Source of the DNA: an uncultured Aminicenantes bacterium
Lineage (GTDB): Bacteria > Acidobacteriota > Aminicenantia > UBA2199
Reading direction: 5' to 3'
Assembly: GCA_965195285.1 (NCBI GenBank)
Contig: CBDAFS010000003.1
Location: 1-64,000 of the forward strand
DNA: 64,000 nucleotides
Shown here: one piece after another, positions 1 through 9,923 of the stretch
Position numbering within the stretch: position 1 is the stretch's first letter
Layout: every line of letters begins with the position of its first letter
Notes under the pieces: model-generated
Seen by the model: only the letters and a program-made list of their open reading frames with translations
Told to the model about the DNA's origin: nothing
Databases searched by the model: none
Program-made: the position numbers and the translations under genes

Positions 1-278
1 CCGCTCAGGAAGATGATGGGAACCTTGCTGCTCTTTTCCTCCATACGCAAGCGCCGGCAAACCTCAAATCCGTCGATATCGGGCAGGCGAATATCCAGTA
101 ATATCAGATCGGGAACATCCCTCTTCACCAATTCCAGAGCCCGGGCCCCATCTTCGGCCTCCCGGACTTCGAATCCCCTTGACTTTAAAATTTCCGATAC
201 GACTTCCCGGATACTCGGGTCATCATCAACCATTAAGATACATGCGCCTGATAAATCTATCCTGGGATTTTCATTCAT
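1..278 (-). CDS. Response regulator receiver-domain protein (3' end runs off the window)
   Basis: Manual translation of the minus strand from ATG at 278: MNENPRIDLSGACILMVDDDPSIREVVSEILKSRGFEV...PDLILLDIRLPDIDGFEVCRRL...VPIIFLS, a CheY-like receiver. The + strand ORF 13..363 is its shadow. Confidence 0.9.
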   Translation of the reverse strand, partial: MNENPRIDLSGACILMVDDDPSIREVVSEILKSRGFEVREAEDGARALELVKRDVPDLILLDIRLPDIDGFEVCRRLRMEEKSSKVPIIFLS

Positions 279-428
279 TTTTCATTTCCCCATATTCCAT
301 ATAACCAAATCAGAGCAATACTCTCCCTTTGGATTCAAACACAATATCGTTAAACTATCTTAATCCATCAATATAATGATATGTTATTTCAGGATTAAGG
401 TCAATTATTTTCATCAACCTTTTTCTTT

Positions 429-962
429 TTAATACCCTCCCCAGAAACTTCCGATTTTAATGGTCCAGTAGGATTGATCGGAAATTGATCCCGATGCAAA
501 TGCATAGTGGTACCTGGCACTGAACATCATACCGAAGTTTCTGAATCTTCTAATGGCAAAACCAAACTCCGGCGAAAGCCCAAAATGCCAGGTATGAGTC
601 CAGTATCCAAGAGCGTGCGTGTTAAGATAATAAGTACCGATACCGAAACCTAAAAAAGGTTTGAGATTCCAGTTTTGGCCAAGATAAACACGCACGTTAA
701 ACAGTGCAGGAAAGGCATGAATACGACGGTTATCTTTGTAAAAATAATTCCAATCCATTGAGAATCCGGTGGAAACCGAGGGTCCCAAAAACCGATGCCC
801 CTCGATACCAGCCCCGGCAAAACTGGTGGAGTTGATAAAATCATAGGTGTTTCCGGCAGGAAAGGAAATCTGATAAGACAGGCCGGTAAAATAGGGTGTT
901 CGAGCTTGGGCCATTAAACCGGTCAAACAAAATATCAACACAATTAAAAAAAATTTTTTCAT
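429..962 (-). CDS. Small outer-membrane beta-barrel protein (OmpW/OMP_b-brl-like)
   Basis: Signal peptide, alternating aromatic beta-strands (KPFLGFGIGTYY, YWTIKIGSFW), AGGAG RBS. Confidence 0.65.
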   Translation of the reverse strand: MKKFFLIVLIFCLTGLMAQARTPYFTGLSYQISFPAGNTYDFINSTSFAGAGIEGHRFLGPSVSTGFSMDWNYFYKDNRRIHAFPALFNVRVYLGQNWNLKPFLGFGIGTYYLNTHALGYWTHTWHFGLSPEFGFAIRRFRNFGMMFSARYHYAFASGSISDQSYWTIKIGSFWGGY

Positions 963-1312
963 TTTATCTCCTTTTTAAATTGATTTATACTCAGCAATAT
1001 CTATTTGTTTTCTTTTTTCACGCGAACAGATTCTGTTTATACATGATGAAGTTTATATGGCCAATAAGAGACCGAGACCAAAACTAAAATAGTTTTCATG
1101 TTTATCTCTCCTTTTATGATCCAAAATTATTTATTTGCCTCAAAATTCAGTATGTTGATCCGGACATTTTTGCGATTTTGCCCATATTAATGGTTAAATG
1201 GTTAAGTAAATTTATATTACTATTAAATAATTAACTAAAACAATAGGACTTTAGTCCAATACCGAGTCGCACCTATTTTCAAATCTAAAACGAATAAAAA
1301 TAGAAAATAGAA

Positions 1313-1342
1313 AATAGGGTCAGGTCTTTCATTTTAGCGTTT
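1313..1342. repeat. Left copy of a 30-bp perfect inverted repeat flanking the RAYT pseudogene
   Basis: AATAGGGTCAGGTCTTTCATTTTAGCGTTT is the exact reverse complement of 1801-1830. Confidence 0.95.
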
Positions 1343-1781
1343 ATCTTTTTATTATTCGACTGACAGTTGTATAATGTAAATTCAAGTAATCTGCTATCTC
1401 TTTTTGGGAATAATTAGTTTCATGATAAACAAACTAAATTATCTCATCTCTACGCTTTCCTGACTTCATCTCTTTTTGGAATATCTCATCCAAAACAGGT
1501 TCAATTAATATTTTCTGGCTCCAATATTGAGCATAAATTTTATTTAGCTGCATCATCAACTTTGATAAATTACCTTTTGGGGTTTCAACTAAAAAATGAT
1601 AATGATTATTCATAAGGCAATATGAATGAACTTTACAACTGTAACGGTCAACTATTAAAGATATAGTTTCCAGGAAAAATATCCTGTCGGAATCATCAAG
1701 AAATATCGATCTCCGATCGATACCTCTGGTTGTTATATGATAAAAAGCTCCGGGGAATTCTATCCTTAATGGCCTCGCCAT
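1341..1781 (-). pseudogene. REP-associated tyrosine transposase (RAYT, Y1/IS200-like), internally deleted and with a nonsense codon
   Basis: MARPLRIEFPGAFYHITTRG start and YCLMNNHYH HUH motif. The sequence jumps abruptly to the C-terminal region. An in-frame TAG at 1434-1436 is followed by FVYHETNYSQKEIADYLNLHYTTVSRIIKR* (HTH tail) ending at 1341. Confidence 0.85.
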
Positions 1782-1800
1782 TTCAATCTTATAACATAGC

Positions 1801-1830
1801 AAACGCTAAAATGAAAGACCTGACCCTATT
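1801..1830. repeat. Right copy of the 30-bp inverted repeat flanking the RAYT pseudogene
   Basis: AAACGCTAAAATGAAAGACCTGACCCTATT. Confidence 0.95.
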
Positions 1831-1923
1831 ATATTCTGTCAAAGAAGAGATTTAATATCCGGAAATATTATCAATTGAATTTTTATTGATAATTGAATTG
1901 AATCGTGATAATATGTTTGTCCG

Positions 1924-2007
1924 GCCGGGGTGGCGGAATTGGCAGACGCACGGGACTTAAAATCCCGGGAGGGCAACCTCGTGGGGGTTCGATTCCCCCC
2001 TCCGGCA
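1924..2007 (+). tRNA. tRNA-Leu(TAA)
   Basis: GCCGGGG/CTCCGGC acceptor stem, anticodon arm CGGGA-CTTAAAA-TCCCG, long variable arm, GTTCGATTC T-loop. CCA not encoded. Confidence 0.95.
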
Positions 2008-2011
2008 CTCC

Positions 2012-2779
2012 CTACCTTTTCTGGCCCTCTTCGATGATCTTTTTAGTCAGGTCCTTAACCTTGACCCCCTTGGGGATGGTGAAATTAAAAATCCGGTCAT
2101 CCACCTCCTCATTGACGGCCAGGTTCAGAAATTCCGATGAACTTTCGATAACCTCTTTTTCGGTTTTATTCCAGCTGCGGGTGACCAGATTCAGCCAGAC
2201 CCCGTTGATCAAACGGTATTTTTTAAAATCGATCCGGCTGACCAGGTCACTGTGCAGATCAAAGGACTCCACCCGGTACAGAAAGCCATTATCCGGATCC
2301 ACCCAGATCCGGAACCGGCTGACAAACTCATTGGCTTTGGTGGGCTTGCCCTCATAGACATTGACCTTTTTCCAGCCATAATATTTCTCACCCACTTTTT
2401 CCAGCTCGGGCACCCCTTCCAGGAGTTCCCGTTTTTTCTGCTGGGGATCCTCCAGCTCTCCCTTGTACTGTCCGGGGGAATAGAGCCAGACGGTTTTATC
2501 ACGTTTGCTGTAAAAATGCGCTTTTTTGCCATCTGACACCAGCACAAAGGAAAAGGGCGGGCGGGCCTTAATGAAGACCTTCTTTCCCTGGCTGACATAT
2601 TCCATTTTCATGTAATTGTAATTCTTCCCGCGCTTCATCTCCACCACCATTCTGGCCTTCAATGATTTGAGTTTTTTCTGATTCTCAAAGTAAGAGGAGA
2701 GAAGCTCCCGGGTGGTAACGGCATGACAGAAAAAAACCGCCACCAGCCCCAGCATGATCCCAAGTCGAATTTTTCTCAT
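2012..2779 (-). CDS. LolA-like outer-membrane lipoprotein carrier/sorting family protein
   Basis: Signal peptide; LVSDGKKAHFY, RIWVDPDNGF and VNEEVDDRIFNFTIPKGVKV are LolA-fold signatures. Confidence 0.7.
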   Translation of the reverse strand: MRKIRLGIMLGLVAVFFCHAVTTRELLSSYFENQKKLKSLKARMVVEMKRGKNYNYMKMEYVSQGKKVFIKARPPFSFVLVSDGKKAHFYSKRDKTVWLYSPGQYKGELEDPQQKKRELLEGVPELEKVGEKYYGWKKVNVYEGKPTKANEFVSRFRIWVDPDNGFLYRVESFDLHSDLVSRIDFKKYRLINGVWLNLVTRSWNKTEKEVIESSSEFLNLAVNEEVDDRIFNFTIPKGVKVKDLTKKIIEEGQKR

Positions 2780-3270
2780 ATTTCCACCCTGATAATCTTG
2801 AATTGGTTATCCCCTTTGACAAAAATCAGTCCCCTGAATTGGTTTTCAACCGAATCGTTAGCCCGGAACACAATCAGTGACCTGGTCCGGTACAGCCCGG
2901 ATTCGATTTTTCGGACCGATATTTCCCTCAATTCCAACGTCAAACCACTATTGAAAAATTGGGCTTCCCAATCGGGAAAACCGATTTTATAGGGATTGCT
3001 GTCCGACATGTCTACCGCTGCTATAAATTCAGAATACTGTTGATTATTCTGATACTGTTGCCACTCCAGCAGAAACTGTTTGACCTGATATCTTCTCATA
3101 AAACCATGACCGACATTCAGCAAAATAATGATAACGGCCACCAGAATCAGAACCCGGCCCACCGAATTCTTAAGGATTTTTTTCCCCCACTTGTAAAAAT
3201 AGGAATTCTTATACAGGTATTTGTCCAGCTTATAAAACCGGCCGGTTTTTTTTTTTTCATCAGGAGTCAT
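2776..3270 (-). CDS. Hypothetical single-TM membrane protein
   Basis: ORF with one hydrophobic helix; overlaps the downstream gene by 4 nt; start uncertain (3270 or 3318). Confidence 0.6.
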   Translation of the reverse strand: MTPDEKKKTGRFYKLDKYLYKNSYFYKWGKKILKNSVGRVLILVAVIIILLNVGHGFMRRYQVKQFLLEWQQYQNNQQYSEFIAAVDMSDSNPYKIGFPDWEAQFFNSGLTLELREISVRKIESGLYRTRSLIVFRANDSVENQFRGLIFVKGDNQFKIIRVEI

Positions 3271-3327
3271 TATAACTGCTGAGCCAGTAATAATCAACAG
3301 GGAGACCCGACAATCCAAAGGAGGGAG

Positions 3328-4854
3328 TCATAAAGACATCCGTAAGCTGACCAACAGGTAAAAGGTCTCATTCTGAATGAAACCGGCCAGCCGGATGGGA
3401 AATCCTTTTATGTTCAGATAGAGGCTCAGACCATACCCGAAATCGCTTTCATCGGCCTGAAAATATTGGGCCAGCAGTCCGATTCTGAAAAGTCTGGCCA
3501 GGGGCCGGCTGGAGAATTCAGCCGAGATGAAGGTCGAATCTCGGCTGAGCATCTGTTCAACATTAATGATGGCCGTTTTCTCAAAGGGAATGAGGCTGAC
3601 ATTGAAGGGATAGGTCTCACCGGAAAAACCGTTCCACTGGCCAAATAAATTGAAGTCACCCAGAGACATGTCCTGGATTAAATCGAAGCTGAGCCGCTGC
3701 CGGTTGTAGTTGTGCAACACCGAGGTTCTCAGTTCCAGATCGGCCCTGATAACAGTCCGGTTCAACGGCGACCGGTAACCATAAGATAGAACAATTCCGG
3801 GTTCGGCAATCAACTGGTTTTCCAGGCCGTCAAAATTCTTATGAAATCCTCCTGAAAAAAACAGGCCAACGGTCATATGCTTCAGCAGGGAAAATGACAA
3901 TTCTGGTGTATATCGAAATGACAAATCATTGATTCCCTCAAAAGAGGTATAAAAAACTTCCATCCTGGCGGAAAACCGGCTTTTCTCCAGGTAGCGGCGG
4001 TAATCATGGGGATCGATGATCAGCTTAAAAATAGTGGAATCTCCCTGATCGACAAAACGGGCGGTCAAATCTAAGAAATCCAGTTGGTTATTATTTTTTG
4101 CCCCACTGATGAGGTTAAACAATTGGAATCCACCGAAAGCAGAGTACTCAATACTGGATGTCAGGCGCCTCATTTTCTTTTTCTCGGGAATGATCCTGAG
4201 AATAACCTTCCCGTCCCGGTTCAACACCACTGAGCGAAGGACATAAAATGACTCGGTAAATAGCATCTCCTCCAGGACCAATTTAACCTCCCGGCTGTTA
4301 AAGGGTTTATTGAGCAAATGGCTGAAAAAACGGTGAACAATTCGGGTTTCGATCAAATCATCCGCAACCTCCACGCCCTGCAAAATTCCCTCATCAATAT
4401 CAATGATTAATTGGCCGTTTTCTCTCATTTCGATCCCGGTCAACTGCCAGTGGGTATAACCCTTGGTTTTACATACACCATAAAAAGCAGTGAGGCATTC
4501 ATTAAAATCCCGGGAATTGAAGGAAACACCCGTTTTTAAACCCAAATACTCCAGCAGCTCTTTTTTATCATGAAGCGTATTCCCCCTGAATGATACCCGT
4601 TCAAGCAGAGGATATTCGACAACGCTGAAAGTAATGGAATGCTGGTTTTCAATGAATGTAACAGATCGAAAAAAACCGGTTTGATCGAACAGTTTTTTGA
4701 TCTGTTGGGAAGATAATTCCGCTTTGGCTCTTTTTAACAGTTGATGAGGATTTTGTAAAACAAACCCCTTAAAAATGAGATCTTTTGCACTTATAAATGA
4801 AATTAAAAAAAAAAAGAATAAAGGGAGAAAAATATATTTTCTCCCTTTATTCAT
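3328..4854 (-). CDS. POTRA-domain Omp85/BamA-TamA-like outer-membrane protein
   Basis: Signal peptide; VVEYPLLERVSFRGN and IDIDEGIL POTRA signatures; beta-strand-rich C-terminus. Confidence 0.6.
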   Translation of the reverse strand: MNKGRKYIFLPLFFFFLISFISAKDLIFKGFVLQNPHQLLKRAKAELSSQQIKKLFDQTGFFRSVTFIENQHSITFSVVEYPLLERVSFRGNTLHDKKELLEYLGLKTGVSFNSRDFNECLTAFYGVCKTKGYTHWQLTGIEMRENGQLIIDIDEGILQGVEVADDLIETRIVHRFFSHLLNKPFNSREVKLVLEEMLFTESFYVLRSVVLNRDGKVILRIIPEKKKMRRLTSSIEYSAFGGFQLFNLISGAKNNNQLDFLDLTARFVDQGDSTIFKLIIDPHDYRRYLEKSRFSARMEVFYTSFEGINDLSFRYTPELSFSLLKHMTVGLFFSGGFHKNFDGLENQLIAEPGIVLSYGYRSPLNRTVIRADLELRTSVLHNYNRQRLSFDLIQDMSLGDFNLFGQWNGFSGETYPFNVSLIPFEKTAIINVEQMLSRDSTFISAEFSSRPLARLFRIGLLAQYFQADESDFGYGLSLYLNIKGFPIRLAGFIQNETFYLLVSLRMSL

Positions 4855-4871
4855 TTAGAAAAATTCAATAC

Positions 4872-5267
4872 CTATCTAACCGGAACAACAGCCGGATTGA
4901 AAGTATCGGTCAAGGCCAGGCGTCCGCCTCTGGCATTATAAGCTTTGGCCGCATTCATGGCATCCAGGCCTGCAAACACCTCCAACACAAGTACTCCGAG
5001 CCAGATAATATACCACATTGACCAGGTTACAGCCCACCACAACACAAACCAGGCAATGTAAGCGACGATTCCCAGATAGAGCCAGAAGGTAACACCCTCA
5101 CCAACCCAGATATGACCGAGGCCGGGCAGAATGACCGAAAGCCAGAAGGCAATCCAGGGTTCTTTATATTCAGGATCACCGGGTCTTACCGCGGCATTTA
5201 ACAAAACGGGCTGGATCAGGATGAATAAAGCAACTAGCATTAATAAAAACTTGATCTCCAGTTTCAT
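4872..5267 (-). CDS. Small membrane protein (TM2/DUF5683-like)
   Basis: KEPWIAFWLSVILPGLGHIWVG motif; AAGGAGG RBS before ATG 5267. Confidence 0.6.
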   Translation of the reverse strand: MKLEIKFLLMLVALFILIQPVLLNAAVRPGDPEYKEPWIAFWLSVILPGLGHIWVGEGVTFWLYLGIVAYIAWFVLWWAVTWSMWYIIWLGVLVLEVFAGLDAMNAAKAYNARGGRLALTDTFNPAVVPVR

Positions 5268-5339
5268 GTGTCCTCCTTTGTAAAGGGATATAACATAAAA
5301 TAATTTAATTTTCAATATTATAAAAAAAAATACTTGAAT

Positions 5340-5367
5340 TTGACTTTTTAATCTGATTTGCTACAAT
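5340..5367 (+). promoter_or_regulatory. Sigma70-like promoter, probably giving a leaderless transcript of the LysE gene
   Basis: TTGACT-N16-TACAAT ending 7 nt before ATG 5375; no Shine-Dalgarno sequence. Confidence 0.55.
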
Positions 5368-5374
5368 TTTTTTA

Positions 5375-6061
5375 ATGCCTTCCATAATATCCTTCTATAT
5401 TTCCTGCTTTTTTATCTCCTTTTTTCTGTGCATTCCTATCGGCCCGGTGAATATCGAAGTGCTTCAAAATGCTATCAAGAGATCCTATGCCCAGGCCATC
5501 AGCGTTGCCATCGGAGCCGCTATCGGAGATGGAACCTGGGCCCTGTGTGCATTTTTCGGCATTTCCCCTTTTCTGTACTCCCGTCATATGGAGGCTGCTT
5601 TTTTTATTTTTGCTTCTATTATCACTGCTGTACTGGGTATCCTGGCCCTGAAAGATGCCCGGTTCATTGAAAAAACCGAAGCACACATCATTGAGAAAGC
5701 CAAAACTCGCCGAAAGAGATGGGCCCTTCTCAAGGGACTGACCATGGTCATGGTCAATCCTCTGGGTATTGTTTCCTGGATGGTCAGTTTGTCCTTTCTC
5801 AGGAAAGTCCGCATTTATATCCCTCTGACCCTGAATTATGAGATCATCTTTTTCCTGGTGGTTATTGCCGGGGCAGGCACTTATTTTCTGGTACTCATCA
5901 TCGTAACCACCAAAATGAAGAAGGTATTCAGTCCGGAAAGAACCCATAAAATCATCCGATTCCTGGGGTATTTGCTGATTGCATTCGGTCTGTATTTTCT
6001 TTTCACTGCCATCAAATTATTTTTTTTCAACGGGCAATCATATATCCAGCAGATATCATAG
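5375..6061 (+). CDS. LysE/RhtB family translocator
   Basis: IPIGPVN and MVNPLGIVSW motifs; about 6 TM helices. Confidence 0.85.
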   Translation: MPSIISFYISCFFISFFLCIPIGPVNIEVLQNAIKRSYAQAISVAIGAAIGDGTWALCAFFGISPFLYSRHMEAAFFIFASIITAVLGILALKDARFIEKTEAHIIEKAKTRRKRWALLKGLTMVMVNPLGIVSWMVSLSFLRKVRIYIPLTLNYEIIFFLVVIAGAGTYFLVLIIVTTKMKKVFSPERTHKIIRFLGYLLIAFGLYFLFTAIKLFFFNGQSYIQQIS

Positions 6062-6106
6062 GTATAGGTAAAGGCAAAGGCATTGGTGAAGGTTTAGGTT
6101 AAGGCA

Positions 6107-7174
6107 ATGATTTTTACAATTTTCGGATATCCCAAAACCGGAAAAACCCTTTTATTTAATCTTCTGACCGACAAGCAGGAAGATATTTCCAAATTTTCAA
6201 CTGCTGCCAACAAGTATCATACCGCCATCATTGATGTACCGGACCAGCGATTGAAAAAACTTGGCGAATTGGTGAAATTGCCCCCGGTTTATGCCCAGAT
6301 CAATTATCTGGACACGGGACCGATTTCATTCGGAGAGGTTAAAAATTCCACATTCATTGATTTGTTGAGGAGGGCAGACGGACTGGTCCACATAGCCAGG
6401 GGATTCGAAGATCCGGAACTGATTCATCCGCGGGGATCAGTTGATCCAATGAGGGATATTCGGAATATGGAGGAAGAACTGTTGCTGGTGGATTTTATGA
6501 CGGTTGAAAAAAGACTGGAAAAACTGGAAATCGATTTAAAGAAGATGAAGTCCAAAGAACTGGAAGAAGAATTCGAATTACTGAATCGACTCAAGGACTT
6601 CCTGGAAGCCGGAAATCCCTTAAGACAATTTATCCTGAAACCGGGCGAAGACCAGATGATCAGGGGATTTAAATTTCTGACCATCAAACCCCTGATCAAT
6701 GTGATCAATGCCGATGAGAATTCCTATGCTTCTCTGCTTCCCTTCCGCAAAGAACCGGAAAACAATACCGTTACCATTGTATTCTGTGCCAAGATTGAAA
6801 GGGAATTACTGGAACTGCCCGAAGCCGAAAGACTCGTCTTCCAGAAAGAATTCGGCCTGGATCAATACGGTTATATAAAGGAAAGTTTTGTTAAAACCAG
6901 TTATCATCTGATGAATCTGATTTCATTTTTTACCATCGGCAAAGCGGAAACCAAAGCCTGGACCATTTCACAAAACACGTCCGCCTATGAAGCGGCCGGG
7001 AAAATTCACAGCGATATCCAGCAGGGATTTATCAAGGCTGAAGTTATCCATGTGAAAAATTTCCTGGAAACCGGGGGGTTTATCCAGGCACGGGAAAAGG
7101 GAATTCTGAGACTGGAAGGAAAAGAGTATCTCATCAATGATGGAGAAATTATTCATTTTCGCTTCGGAAAATAA
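6107..7174 (+). CDS. ychF: Ribosome-binding ATPase/GTPase YchF family
   Basis: GYPKTGKTLLFN P-loop, VPDQRL, AAGKIHSDIQQGFIKAEV, LEGKEYLINDGEIIHFRF. Confidence 0.9.
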   Translation: MIFTIFGYPKTGKTLLFNLLTDKQEDISKFSTAANKYHTAIIDVPDQRLKKLGELVKLPPVYAQINYLDTGPISFGEVKNSTFIDLLRRADGLVHIARGFEDPELIHPRGSVDPMRDIRNMEEELLLVDFMTVEKRLEKLEIDLKKMKSKELEEEFELLNRLKDFLEAGNPLRQFILKPGEDQMIRGFKFLTIKPLINVINADENSYASLLPFRKEPENNTVTIVFCAKIERELLELPEAERLVFQKEFGLDQYGYIKESFVKTSYHLMNLISFFTIGKAETKAWTISQNTSAYEAAGKIHSDIQQGFIKAEVIHVKNFLETGGFIQAREKGILRLEGKEYLINDGEIIHFRFGK

Positions 7175-7245
7175 ATTCAAATCCAGTCATTTTGCATTTG
7201 ACTTTTTAAATCAAATAGATTATAGATATTTTAGAAGAGGTAAAA

Positions 7246-7767
7246 ATGACTAAAAAGATAATGGTACTTTTGTTCACATTATTACTGTGTTCTGCGATTT
7301 CTTCCCAATCTCTTTCCCAATTGGGATTTATCATTAAAAAGGCAATGCCCAACATTGATACCATTACCGTCATTTTTAACAAAGTGATCATCGAAAGAAT
7401 TGAGAGAGAGGCCCGGCCCGCAACCCTGATCACGAAGATGAAATACATCATTTTCCCGGTTCGAAAAAAAAGCGATATTGCCAAAAAGATATCTCAAATC
7501 CTGAAAATAGACAATGTAGCGATATTGGTAATTACCGACAACAGTTTATTAATCCCTTCTACGATCCAGTTCATTGCCCAGAAGACTCTGGAATCCCAGA
7601 TCCCGGTTATTACGAACAGGTCAAAGGATACCCTTCAGGGAGCATTACTGAGCATTTTTACGGAAGATTCAAGAATCAAAAAGCACATCAACAAAATTAC
7701 TGCCTCTGCCTTGAGTCTGGATCTATCCGAAGCTTTCCTCGCGGAATGCACGGTAGATGCGGAATAA
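7246..7767 (+). CDS. Exported hypothetical protein (possible periplasmic-binding-like fold)
   Basis: Signal peptide, RBS, alpha/beta pattern. Confidence 0.55.
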   Translation: MTKKIMVLLFTLLLCSAISSQSLSQLGFIIKKAMPNIDTITVIFNKVIIERIEREARPATLITKMKYIIFPVRKKSDIAKKISQILKIDNVAILVITDNSLLIPSTIQFIAQKTLESQIPVITNRSKDTLQGALLSIFTEDSRIKKHINKITASALSLDLSEAFLAECTVDAE

Positions 7768-7775
7768 CCACAGAC

Positions 7776-8864
7776 CTAAGCTGACTGATTGAACACCTGC
7801 TCGGTTAAAAGATTAAATTCATATTCAAAATTCGGAGTAAAAATCTTCTTTCCGATTTTTTCTTTGATTTTTTTTATTTTCCAAAATTTTCCCTCATCCA
7901 TTTCATCGGTATTGATGGTGATGGTACTGTTGTATCGGGCATAAAACAAAAATACCAGTTCGGATTCAACCTCAGACTTCCAAACATACCGGGTCACGAA
8001 ATGCACCGTAAGATCCTTGATTCCCAGTTCCTCCTCTGCTTCCCTTTTTAATGCGTCTTCCACTTTTTCACCGCTGGTTATGTGTCCGCCCACGGCTATG
8101 TCCCATTTTCCCTGCTGAATTTCTTTGTGCAACGACCGTTTCTGCAAAAATAGACGGTCCCTATCATCCAAAAGATGAATGTGGACTACCGGATGAAGTA
8201 AATCCGGTTGGGAATGACAGACACTCCGGGGAGCCCTGCCAATAACCCGGCCCTCCCGATCAACCAGATCAAACCATTCTTCATCCTGGTATTGAGACAG
8301 CCATTTCTGTTTTTTCTTTTTGTTTCTGATAAATTCAAACATAAAAAACATCACAAAAATAAGGTAAAACAATCCTCCGCTGATGAAAGCCCAGGCCTGC
8401 TTAGACATTAAAAAAGCCGAATAAACAATGAGAACGGTATGAAAAAGAAACAGGAAAAATATGATTTTTAAACTTCTATTGAACTGATTTAGGCCTTGAT
8501 CATCCAGCTGGATATTCTTCATATACCTTTTGGAAATCAACAGGATAATATTTGTGGGCGAATAAATGGAAATCCCCAGGATAGTACAAAATATCAACTC
8601 AATAATGGCCGGCTTCAGTTTAAAGAATATTTCATTTTCAAGCAAAATCGAAATCATTCCCAGCACCACAATCAGTCCGATATCCAGCAGGATGAACTTA
8701 TCAACAATTTTTTCCTTTATATATGAAAATATGAATTCAACGAGACCAAAACCAATGGCAATCATGAGCCCCACCCGGGTGCCCCATATGGAATCAGCTA
8801 CAATGAAAATGATCAAAGGCAAAAATCCCGGGGCCAGGCTCTTGAGCAGTTTTAATTGATCCAT
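7776..8864 (-). CDS. IspA/YciB-like membrane domain fused to a NUDIX hydrolase (IDI-like)
   Basis: N-terminal FLPLIIF...FFKLKPAII multi-TM region; C-terminal Nudix box GGHITSGEKVEDALKREAEEELGI. Confidence 0.8.
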   Translation of the reverse strand: MDQLKLLKSLAPGFLPLIIFIVADSIWGTRVGLMIAIGFGLVEFIFSYIKEKIVDKFILLDIGLIVVLGMISILLENEIFFKLKPAIIELIFCTILGISIYSPTNIILLISKRYMKNIQLDDQGLNQFNRSLKIIFFLFLFHTVLIVYSAFLMSKQAWAFISGGLFYLIFVMFFMFEFIRNKKKKQKWLSQYQDEEWFDLVDREGRVIGRAPRSVCHSQPDLLHPVVHIHLLDDRDRLFLQKRSLHKEIQQGKWDIAVGGHITSGEKVEDALKREAEEELGIKDLTVHFVTRYVWKSEVESELVFLFYARYNSTITINTDEMDEGKFWKIKKIKEKIGKKIFTPNFEYEFNLLTEQVFNQSA

Positions 8865-8865
8865 T

Positions 8866-9747
8866 TTATGATTTCATCCATCCGACATATCGACCGGCAA
8901 AACTGACAATTCTCGAACCCAGTGCAACTCCCAGTTCTTTGAGCTTTTTCTTAAACGGCAGCTTTCTTGAAATAATATAGAATGTATCTGAGATGAATTT
9001 CAGTATCATTCCACCAGTAACCAGGAACAAACCCAGTACAATATTCAAGGACCTGTATCTAAATGCTTTCAGGGATTGTCCCAGGCGGACTTTGATCCGG
9101 TACAATTCCTTGAGAGAATAATTATGAGAATGAGTGACCATTGACTTTGGTTGGTAAACAATCCGGTAACCCTGATCGATGATATTTCTGGCCCAATTCT
9201 GGTCCTCGGCAATCAGTATATGGTCATCAAATGGATATTGCTTCCAAATGGACCGTGGTATGACGCAACTGACCGTCGAAAACAACAGGGAATCCCGGGA
9301 GTTAAAACGGGATATGACCTTTCGGGAATCTGGCATCGAACACCGGATATCGCGTTCCATATAAAGATGACAATCTTGTCGGGGAATATGACGGCTGAAA
9401 ACACCGGCAAAGGACCGGTCTTGCTTGATACTGTCAATGAGTATCTTCAGCCAGTTTCTATTGGCCGGAATGGCATCGGCATTTAAAAAAACGATATATT
9501 CCCCTGCTGTCATTCGAGCGCCTGTGTTTCTGGTCTTTCCATGTCCGAACTCCTCCGGTTTTATGGAGACCAGTTTGACAGAGGGAAAACTTTTCACAAT
9601 CCGTGTGGTTTGATCGGTTGAACCGGAATCGATTACTAAAATATCAAATTGAAGATCTGTATTCTGGTCGAAAATGGCGTCCAGACATTTTTTTATATAG
9701 GTTTCCTCGTTTCGGGTCGGAATGATTATTGAAACATTCAATTTCAT
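8866..9747 (-). CDS. Glycosyltransferase family 2 (rhamnosyltransferase-like)
   Basis: SIIIPTRNEE, IDSGSTDQT, FGHGKTRN, FLNADA, AEDQNW. Confidence 0.9.
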   Translation of the reverse strand: MKLNVSIIIPTRNEETYIKKCLDAIFDQNTDLQFDILVIDSGSTDQTTRIVKSFPSVKLVSIKPEEFGHGKTRNTGARMTAGEYIVFLNADAIPANRNWLKILIDSIKQDRSFAGVFSRHIPRQDCHLYMERDIRCSMPDSRKVISRFNSRDSLLFSTVSCVIPRSIWKQYPFDDHILIAEDQNWARNIIDQGYRIVYQPKSMVTHSHNYSLKELYRIKVRLGQSLKAFRYRSLNIVLGLFLVTGGMILKFISDTFYIISRKLPFKKKLKELGVALGSRIVSFAGRYVGWMKS

Positions 9748-9923
9748 GAAAATTTTACTTTTTACAATAACTTCATTTCTGGAAAATGATTTCAATGCAA
9801 TTATGAATTATTCCTGATATTAATTCAAGACCTATCAATTGTCAATCAATTCATGACCGCATTTCTGTTTTACTCCAGCCATCAAACCATTCTTGACATC
9901 CAGGAGTAAAAATGAGAGAATAA

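Noticed and set aside
13-363. 116-aa plus-strand ORF
   Set aside because: Antisense shadow of the minus-strand response regulator.
1434-1436. In-frame TAG in RAYT as recoding (pyrrolysine or readthrough)
   Set aside because: The gene also has a large internal deletion, and TAG is a normal stop in other genes here; simple decay is more likely.
1905-2357. 150-aa plus-strand ORF
   Set aside because: Runs through tRNA-Leu and antisense to the LolA-like gene; spurious.
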